A stretch of DNA of 50,584 bases, counting the filler, from Stramenopiles sp. TOSAG23-2 (Eukaryota), in NCBI GenBank assembly GCA_900128395.1. It is 2 parts of 2 records of this genome, joined end to end, with 100 filler letters (N's around TTAATTAATTAA, not from the genome) between each part and the next. Parts side by side here need not be neighbours in the genome. Positions count along the whole stretch, not along the records: positions 25,475 to 50,584 come from LT649455.1; 1 more part is not named here. One strand, given 5' to 3'. Made by a program: the position numbers and the translations under genes. Below are positions 45,272 through 50,584 of the stretch, piece by piece. How positions within the stretch are numbered: position 1 is the stretch's first letter; each line of letters opens with the position of its first letter. Below the pieces are notes generated by a model that worked only from the letters and a program-made list of their open reading frames with translations, made no database searches and had not been told where the DNA came from.

Positions 45272-47002
45272 TTGTATTAAACATGCTGAACTTTTGAACT
45301 TTTCCACTTGATTTTTCCAAACTTTTTTTCCAGCCTGTTCTTTTGCAAGGTTTGCTTGTAATTTTTTCAACGTTTTTTTATAAACGCCATTTCTCAATTC
45401 CTTTTTGTCTGTGTTTGGTTTAAACATTATAGGAACTAAAACACATGCCAACGTGTTCACGCACCATGAAAGCATCTGTATCCAATATTGTTTTTTAAAT
45501 GCATCCAAGCCACCAGGATAATCAACTCCACCTTTTGTTAACGATTCAAAGTATTGCTCGATCACAACCGTTTGCATTGCATAACCATAACCAATGTTAC
45601 TTTGATACATAAAATAGACGATTTCCCAAACGCAACGACCAGGAGCAATACCCTGCCAATCACCATACATACATTCATCAGGTACATCATTTTCATCAAA
45701 AGATGCGTTTTGTTCAATATTCTCCCATTGGAAATATTCCAACTCTGGCATACTTTTATTTGTATCTCGGCCATCGCTAAATTTCCAAAACAGATTCCAA
45801 GCATGACTATCACCATGATTTACTGTATCGCATTTAGTCGATTGAATTTCGATTAATATGTCATCTCTCAACATGCTTTTTTGCAGTAGTCCAATAGCCT
45901 TTTGGACTTCAGGCTTTAATAAATTTGGACACATTTCACTGTAAGTAGCAACAAACCAATTAACATCATTTGCAAAGAATTGCCTTTGTATACCTGGAAA
46001 CCCAAACGTGCATGGTCCCGTATGTATTATCCAAGTATAGCAGTGACCCATTCCTTTCATATTAAATTCCGGCTTGTCAAATTTCATATAACCTTCTGCA
46101 TGGATTTTCCCAAGAAATCTTGCTGCTCCAATAGAAATACCTAATGGAGTCGATCGCGCAATTGTCGTTCCCTTAGCTGTAGTCCACCCATCTAGATCTT
46201 CCATTATAATGACATTGTAATATTTATAAAATGAATATTTTAAAAAAGCATTCATGAAATTGATCTTTTCGCCACCCTCTTGTAACGGCCCAACATCTCG
46301 TCGAATGTAACCACGATCGTCAAGCTGGTGCAATGAACAATACGCACTTGGTGCAAATTTGGCATATGGGCTCGCAATTTCTCCAGCATAAAATCTTGGT
46401 TCAGAAATATAAAACGAAACGATACCTGAATGATATAATTGTTTATAATCATTTTCTGAAATTGCACAAATACGCATATCATCAACACCTGCTATACCAT
46501 TTTTAAAATTTGCACTTGTTCCTTTGTAAATCAATGGATTAAGAACCATTTTAGCAATTCGACGCATAAATTTATTTGAATACCACATCGATATACCAGG
46601 TAAGTCATTTGTATTTAACATTTTAAATACTGCAGTTTTTGGTCGTTCTTTTTCCGGAAGTGAATCTGCATCTGAAGAATATGTAAAATGTAAGCGCCTT
46701 ATCTGTGGCCCAGAGAAGCCACCACCATTCTTTATTTCAACATTTCCTTGCACTTTTACTAAAGGTTTGATTTCAACATTAGTTAAATATTCTGCTCCTT
46801 TGAATTTACAGTAAGTTTTTACAAAATTCAATCCATTAGAATTTTCACCAACCCATGCTTTTTCATTTAATACTTGCACGCAGTTAACAGACTTTCCTTG
46901 AATATCTTCTATTAAATCATTAGCATAATTCCATGCTTTTGTACGAACTGTTTTTGGTCCTTCCCATCCATTATTATCCCTTACCGGCGCTGCATTTCCC
47001 AT
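45173..47002 (-). CDS. EcKinase-like / aminoglycoside-choline phosphotransferase-fold protein
   Basis: IIMEDL, LGKIHA, Brenner-type HGDSHAWNL, YGDWQ..PGRCVWEIVYFM. Confidence 0.82.
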   Translation of the reverse strand: MGNAAPVRDNNGWEGPKTVRTKAWNYANDLIEDIQGKSVNCVQVLNEKAWVGENSNGLNFVKTYCKFKGAEYLTNVEIKPLVKVQGNVEIKNGGGFSGPQIRRLHFTYSSDADSLPEKERPKTAVFKMLNTNDLPGISMWYSNKFMRRIAKMVLNPLIYKGTSANFKNGIAGVDDMRICAISENDYKQLYHSGIVSFYISEPRFYAGEIASPYAKFAPSAYCSLHQLDDRGYIRRDVGPLQEGGEKINFMNAFLKYSFYKYYNVIIMEDLDGWTTAKGTTIARSTPLGISIGAARFLGKIHAEGYMKFDKPEFNMKGMGHCYTWIIHTGPCTFGFPGIQRQFFANDVNWFVATYSEMCPNLLKPEVQKAIGLLQKSMLRDDILIEIQSTKCDTVNHGDSHAWNLFWKFSDGRDTNKSMPELEYFQWENIEQNASFDENDVPDECMYGDWQGIAPGRCVWEIVYFMYQSNIGYGYAMQTVVIEQYFESLTKGGVDYPGGLDAFKKQYWIQMLSWCVNTLACVLVPIMFKPNTDKKELRNGVYKKTLKKLQANLAKEQAGKKVWKNQVEKFKSSACLIQARWFRWATNLLPEIMENHPDLFQEIAPSSLAP

Positions 47003-47158
47003 GTTTATTATATTTTATATCTTTGTTATTAATATTATTTGTTCTTTTCAAAAGATACTATATGTGATATATTTTATCTATTATTTTTCACGTATATGTT
47101 GACGGATAAACATATATGTATACATATAAACTTTTATATATATATATAGTAGTATGAT

Positions 47159-47416
47159 TACATTCAAGGTGTGTTTTTAGTTCATTTTTTAGACGACTTG
47201 TATATATATATTACGTGTATGTAAATGACGCGATCTTATCTTACATGTTGTACCAGCTTATAGAGGCGTACTCTGTAAAACAGATCCTACATTCAAGGTG
47301 TGTTTTTAGTTCATTTTTTAGACGACTTGTATATATATATTACGTGTATGTAAATGACGCGATCTTATCTTACATGTTGTACCAGCTTATAGAGGCGTAC
47401 TCTGTAAAACAGATCC
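47159..47416. repeat. Perfect 129-bp tandem duplication spanning the left TIR junction
   Basis: 47159-47287 is identical to 47288-47416. Copy 1 ends in a partial TIR (TACTCTGTAAAACAGATCC from 47269). Confidence 0.9.
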
Positions 47417-47786
47417 TGACCAATCCTGACTTTCCTGATCAATCCTGACTAATGTATTAGGATGAGAATATCATTACAATATAGACATAGCATTATGAAC
47501 AAATTAGGGTTTTAAATTTCGTTTACTTGTTACACTATAGCTTATTGATAGTATAATAAATGTACACAAAATAGAAACTGACCTTAAATTTCATCATGAT
47601 GATCAGGATTGATCAGGATTGATCAGGAATAGCAGTCCATGGCACTGTATATAAAAAGTAAAAAGCAGATATAGTATAAAATATATGAATTAAATATCTT
47701 TATTATAAATATATATTCGTTGTGGACGATATCTATATAGACATTTATTCATGGTATATATCTATATGTATCCATCTTTACACACA

Positions 47787-48113
47787 ATGACTACCACCAA
47801 CACTACAATTCAATGCACCACATGCACAAATAAACATGAGGTTCATAACCATAAAATTCTCTTGCATTATCACTGTCAAGAAAGTAAAATTTGGATTGTG
47901 CAATGCCAATATTGATTAAATTTGTATTGGTGTAAGTTTTCATCTTACAAACATATAGGTTCATTACAAATATCTGAATGGAAGACAATAATACGATTCA
48001 TTGCATTCATATATATTGATGACTATGATGAAATAAATATCATGCATAGTTTAATTGGATTGGTTGCAAGTGCAATCCATAGCTGGAAAATGGCAGTTAT
48101 ATATTTGTACTGA
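47787..48113 (+). pseudogene. Small Zn-ribbon-like ORF interrupted by one in-frame TGA (47913-47915), inside the TIR element
   Basis: MTTTNTTIQCTTC...WIVQCQY*LNLYWCKF...AVIYLY*. The TGA sits where the last Cys of a second CxxC would be. Confidence 0.35.
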
Positions 48114-48492
48114 AGTTTTTGCTATGTTAGAATACATTTTAATAGGAAAAAATGGTACTTGAGCTTATTTTCAAATACTATCTATAATATCTGTGGCTTT
48201 GTGCTGCTGAACTTTTCATTTTAAGCCCATATATATAGTAATTTAATGGTATTCCTATGCCATATAATTTGACAGTTAGTTGTGTGTGTTCTGTGTTGCC
48301 GTGAGGGTGGCTTTGCTATTTTAGAATACATTTTAATAGGAGCAAATCGTACTTGAACATATTAAAATTCAACTTCAAATTTTTATTATATTATTGAAGA
48401 CAATATTACGGTGGTATATATATCAATATATATATAAACACATACACACAAATATATATATATATATATATATAAATATATATATTGTCAGC

Positions 48493-48986
48493 ATGGAAAG
48501 ATTTTTGTCAAATCATAATGTTATAAATGTAAATGTAAGTACCTTTTCTATAATTCCTTGCTATAATTCCTTGCTAACAACACTCAGATGACATATTTAA
48601 ATTCTAACCCACACTATAATGAACAAAATATAATAAATCAATGCTTAAATGGAGGGGTAAGGATTACATCTATCTCCTGTAAATCTACTAATGAATCTAG
48701 ACCAAGAAAGGACTTCCCCTGCAAAAATTGTGGGTCTAATGCCAACGGTGCATGTTCTGCATGTGGAATTTATTGCAAGAAGTGCATTTGCACATATTAT
48801 ATTACAGGAGAGGCAATCAATAAAGAGGAGGAAGAAAGGAAATTGATTGGGAGGAGGAAAGAACAAAAAGAGGTAAAAAAGAATAAAAGTGTAGCATCAA
48901 AGAAAAAGAAAAGAAAAAGAAAGGATGATGATGATGGTGGTAGTGATGGTGGTAGTGGTTGGTTAAAAAGTTGGTTTAAAAAATAA
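48493..48986 (+). CDS. Small Cys-rich zinc-finger protein with basic NLS-like tract; intron 48535-48587; cargo of the TIR element
   Basis: MERFLSNHNVINVN | GTAAGT...GCTAAC...CTCAG | MTYLN...CKNC-x6-CSAC-x3-CKKC...KKKKRKRK. Confidence 0.7.
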
Positions 48987-50148
48987 AAATTCTAAAAAAA
49001 TTCTAAAAAAAAAATTCTAAAAAAAATAAAATTCTAAAAAAAATTCGTGAAATAATACCTTAAATATGCACCTTAAATGTTTTTTCACGGCTTGATTATC
49101 AGATCCTGACCAATCCTGACTAAATTTCCTGATTATTATTTCTAAATCTCTGATTTACCATTTTATTTTAGTACATTGATCGCGTATAGTTAATTTCATA
49201 TTGTGCTATCAAATATTACAAGTCAAAACAGAAGAAAAGCCTTAAATGAAATTTCAAAAAAGTCAGGATTGGTCATGGTTGATCAGGACCTAATATGGTT
49301 CGCGGCCTGGGGTTTTTGACCTTATTTTGGGAAAAAACACCGTTTTAAGGATAACTGCACAAAAAAGTGGTGAAATCTGTCTGTTTTGATTGAAATACCA
49401 TTACAACAAACCTCTGGCGGAGCCAGATTTATGAGGGTTTTTATTGCTAACTCTAATTTAGTGCTATTGCATGCTAACAGAAAAAGTGAAAAAATAGCAG
49501 GGACACAGTAAGGGCTTAAAATAGTCAGGATTGATCAGGAAAGTCAGGATTGGTCAGGATCTGTTTTACAGAGTAGTACTGATGAAATACTATAATAAGG
49601 GACTATATATAAATATCTTAATCTGTTTTAAATATAAATATCTAACTTCAAGTTAAATTATTATAGCAGCAATCTAGTAAATCTGGCGAGATTTTTAAGT
49701 GTGTGATCTGGGTATTATAATAGCACAATTTTATACTTGAAGATAGTTTTATAATTTTCAATAATGTCATTAGCAATTTTAATTTAAGGATTGAACTTTT
49801 AGTCCTGTGTCCTGTGTGTAAGGGTTTGGTTTGCCAGGTTTGATGGTATAGTATTAAGTGGTATTGCCATAGTAGGTCTGTATTCTCGAATAGTAGTGCT
49901 GGAGTGCCAGATTGGTGCATTTTTTTAGCATTGGATGTAGATTTTTACAATATATGGCCAAATGTTTTCATTAAATCATGTTTGGCATTTTAAAAATATT
50001 ATTATTTTTACACGTACAGTTTTCAAACATCTCTTGGGATGGTATTAATATTAATATTAATATTACTTATTTCTTCATATCCCTGTGTATGATATGTCTC
50101 TCTATGCGTATATTTTATTTCTTACGTTCGTATATATACAAACTTATG

Positions 50149-50499
50149 AAATATCTCTCAAATTAAATTTGTTTGGTTTGTTTTTCTTTTTTTTCTTTTT
50201 CTTTCACAAAGTTTAATTATCATTGTTGTCACACAAATATCACGCCATAAAACATTCATTCCCATTATACAATTTTTATATCATTAAAAATACTTTTTCC
50301 AGTTGGTCCCGACTCGGAAACTGAATTAAATATCTCTCAAATTAAATTTGTTTGGTTTGTTTTTCTTTTTTTTTTTTCTTTCACAAAGTTTAATTATCAT
50401 TGTTGTCACACAAATATCACGCCATAAAACATTCATTCCCATTATACAATTTTTATATCATTAAAAATACTTTTTCCAGTTGGTCCCGACTCGGAAACT
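50149..50499. repeat. Near-perfect ~175-bp tandem duplication
   Basis: 50149-50322 versus 50328-50499, differing in the T-rich tract. Confidence 0.85.
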
Positions 50500-50584
50500 T
50501 TTTTTAAACATTCAAAAACTTCATTTGCACGTGCGGCACCATTAATTAAATAACTTCCATCAACAATCAAAGTAGGAATACTAT

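Larger units (their letters stand above)
47398..49575. mobile_element. Non-autonomous DNA transposon with perfect 54-bp TIRs (including terminal TA), Tc1/mariner-like by TA flanks
   Basis: 47398-47451 TACTCTGTAAAACAGATCCTGACCAATCCTGACTTTCCTGATCAATCCTGACTA is the exact reverse complement of 49522-49575. Extra TCCTGA-repeat clusters at 47601-47630, 49100-49132 and 49261-49288. Confidence 0.88.

Noticed and set aside
47398-49575. Fanzor/TnpB or other RNA-guided nuclease cargo
   Set aside because: No RuvC motifs and no ORF long enough; only small Cys-rich ORFs are present.
49648-49920. 90-aa ORF beside the right TIR as a possible transposase remnant
   Set aside because: No DDE, HTH or other motif in any frame; neighbouring frames are full of stops.

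Overview
AT-rich, gene-dense eukaryotic nuclear DNA in the standard genetic code, with few short GT-AG introns, poly-Asn tracts and (TA)n microsatellites. The style suggests a protist, possibly a heterotrophic stramenopile (inference only). An artificial linker (N44-TTAATTAATTAA-N44, 25375-25474) joins two contigs that need not be neighbours. The left contig is mostly housekeeping: ankyrin protein, RCC1-repeat protein, SLC12 transporter, SnoaL-like protein with PTS1, ELO elongase, FAN-like BEACH/WD40 protein, MTG1/RbgA GTPase, SET-like protein and Trm11. It also holds a ~560-bp MITE-like element and a decayed ~1.2-kb foreign-looking island in which a topoisomerase IB/tyrosine-recombinase catalytic C-terminus runs in frame into a DPPY amino-methyltransferase motif. 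The right contig is more accessory. It has a truncated HET/TIR-like gene next to an ankyrin pseudogene, a pRiA4b-ORF3/MYND fusion, a Kir-like channel with TxGYG replaced by SVTTN, an SMS/IPC-synthase-like enzyme, a dual-specificity phosphatase, a GxGYxYP hydrolase with a 67%-GC Cys-rich tail and an EcKinase-like protein. It ends with a 2.18-kb TA-flanked element with perfect 54-bp TIRs that carries a spliced zinc-finger gene but no transposase. No rRNA, tRNA or CRISPR array was recognised. All family calls come from motif recognition by eye; no database searches were run.
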